DNA of 32,000 bases from Pyrodictium occultum (GTDB lineage Archaea > Thermoproteota > Thermoprotei_A > Sulfolobales > Pyrodictiaceae). The notes under the pieces were generated by a model that had not been told where the DNA came from, did no database searches, and worked only from the letters and a program-made list of their open reading frames with translations. Position 1 is the first letter of the stretch, and every line of letters starts with the position of its first letter. Both the position numbers and the translations under genes were made by a program. Below, piece by piece: positions 30,840-32,000 of this stretch. Location: NCBI RefSeq assembly GCF_001462395.1, contig NZ_LNTB01000001.1, positions 900,001-932,000 on the forward strand, written 5' to 3'.

Positions 30840-32000
30840 ATGCCCGAGACAGCTTCCGAGGCGGGGACCCTGTTCCGCGACGAGACGGTCAGGAGAATCC
30901 TTGGCAAGTACCGGCTGCTCTGGGCCCTGGGCCACGCCCTATCCCTCATGGGCTGGGATCTCGAGACCTACATGCCCAGGGCGGGGGTAAAGGACCGCTC
31001 CACGGCGGCCGAGGAGCTGGAGGGGCTGAGCCACCGGCTCCTGCTAGACCCCGAGCTCGACAAGCTCCTCCGCGAGGCGGAGGAGAAGCTCGATAGCCTC
31101 AACGTCTACGAGCGTGGCGTGGTGAGGGTCCTCCGCAGGGCGGTGAGGATAGCCAAGGCGGTGCCCGAGGAGCTTGCCCGCCGCGAGGCGAGGGTGACCA
31201 GCGAGGCCACCCAGGTCTGGAAGGAGGCCAAGAAGAAGGCCGACTTCAAAATGTTCAAGCCCTACCTGGAGGAGATAGTCGAGATACAGAGGAGGAAGGC
31301 AGAGCTGCTCGGCTATGAGGACCACCCCTACGACGCTCTCCTCGACCTCTACGAGGAGGGGCTGAGGGTCCGCCACCTGGACCCGCTCTTCAACGAGCTG
31401 GTGCCGGCGACCAGGAGGATACTCGACCGCGTCCTAACCGGCGGCTTCTACCCCAGCCGCCACCCGCTCGAGGACCAGGGGTACGACGTGGAACGGGCCA
31501 GGGCGATGCTCCGCCGCCTCCTGGACGACCTGGGCTGGCCCTGGGACCGGGGGAGGCTGGACGAGTCCGCTCACCCCTTCACAATAGACATGGGCATAGA
31601 TGATGTAAGGATAACAGTCCGCTACGAGGGCCGCGACATCAAGAGGGCTGTCTACAGCCTCGTCCACGAGTACGGCCACGCCCTCTACCAGCTCCAGATA
31701 GACCGGAGGCTGGCCTACACCCCGATAGGGACGGGGGTGAGCATGGGTGTCCACGAGAGCCAGTCGAGGTTCTGGGAGAACGTGGTCGGCCGCGGCCCCT
31801 GGTTCATGGGGCTCCTCTCGAAGAGGCTCGCCGAGCACCTGGGGCTCCGGCTAGAGCCGCTGGAGCTGTACCGCTACGTGAACACCGTCCGCCCAGACCT
31901 CATAAGGGTTGACGCCGACGAGGTGACCTACAACCTCCACATCTACCTCCGCTACATCCTGGAGAAGAAGCTTATAGAGGGCAGCGTGATGGTGGACGAG
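30840..32000 (+). CDS. M32 (Taq-type) metallocarboxypeptidase, 5' part (runs off the right edge)
   Basis: Hand translation in frame 3 from ATG 30840 gives MPETASEAGTLFRDETVRRILGKYRLLWALGHALSLMGWDLETYMP...DESAHPFT...LVHEYGHALYQ (HExxH)...GVHESQSRFWEN. It is not in the ORF track because no stop lies within the window. Confidence 0.9.
   Translation, partial: MPETASEAGTLFRDETVRRILGKYRLLWALGHALSLMGWDLETYMPRAGVKDRSTAAEELEGLSHRLLLDPELDKLLREAEEKLDSLNVYERGVVRVLRRAVRIAKAVPEELARREARVTSEATQVWKEAKKKADFKMFKPYLEEIVEIQRRKAELLGYEDHPYDALLDLYEEGLRVRHLDPLFNELVPATRRILDRVLTGGFYPSRHPLEDQGYDVERARAMLRRLLDDLGWPWDRGRLDESAHPFTIDMGIDDVRITVRYEGRDIKRAVYSLVHEYGHALYQLQIDRRLAYTPIGTGVSMGVHESQSRFWENVVGRGPWFMGLLSKRLAEHLGLRLEPLELYRYVNTVRPDLIRVDADEVTYNLHIYLRYILEKKLIEGSVMVDE

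Noticed and set aside
1-32000. CRISPR arrays, tRNA/rRNA genes, transposases or integrases
   Set aside because: I scanned for regularly spaced repeats, tRNA T-arm consensus strings and DDE or tyrosine-recombinase-like translations. None was seen. The only repeats found are the short ones listed as features.

Overview
High-GC archaeal chromosome segment: about 70-75% GC in the 60-nt lines I hand-counted in typical genes. It looks crenarchaeote-like, with a four-subunit 2-oxoacid:ferredoxin oxidoreductase, WtpABC, an AOR-family tungstoenzyme, split PurS/PurQ/PurL, A/T-rich TATA-like boxes in otherwise GC-rich spacers, frequent GTG/TTG starts and GTGA-type start/stop overlaps. No rRNA, tRNA, CRISPR array, transposase or integrase was recognised.

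Layout, left to right:
- A partial P-loop NTPase and an acylphosphatase (minus strand).
- A porG-D-A-B-type operon (minus strand, 4263->1072), divergent from a DAO-family FAD oxidoreductase.
- A tungsten-centred neighbourhood (about 5.8-14.8 kb): a 19-codon basic micro-ORF plus a perfect 12-bp stem-loop; a radical-SAM/SPASM gene broken by two -1 frameshifts; a B12-binding-like radical SAM gene; wtpCBA (minus strand); a second B12-binding-like radical SAM gene; and an aldehyde:ferredoxin oxidoreductase homologue.
- An accessory stretch (about 15.0-18.4 kb): a low-GC island (about 50-52% GC in sampled lines) carrying an SQR-like flavoprotein and a DUF1641 protein, a decayed aldo/keto reductase, and a decayed vapBC module with two palindromic boxes.
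- A purine cluster purC-S-Q-L-F-(purF-like paralog)-D-T ... purM, interrupted by a relic of a PflA/PflX-like radical SAM gene.
- A secreted DsbA-like protein and the 5' part of an M32 carboxypeptidase.

The most interesting candidate for an undescribed system is the group of three radical SAM genes wrapped around the tungstate transporter and the AOR enzyme, with its peptide-like micro-ORF. This rests on gene context only. All homology calls come from reading the translations and recalling family motifs; no searches were run.
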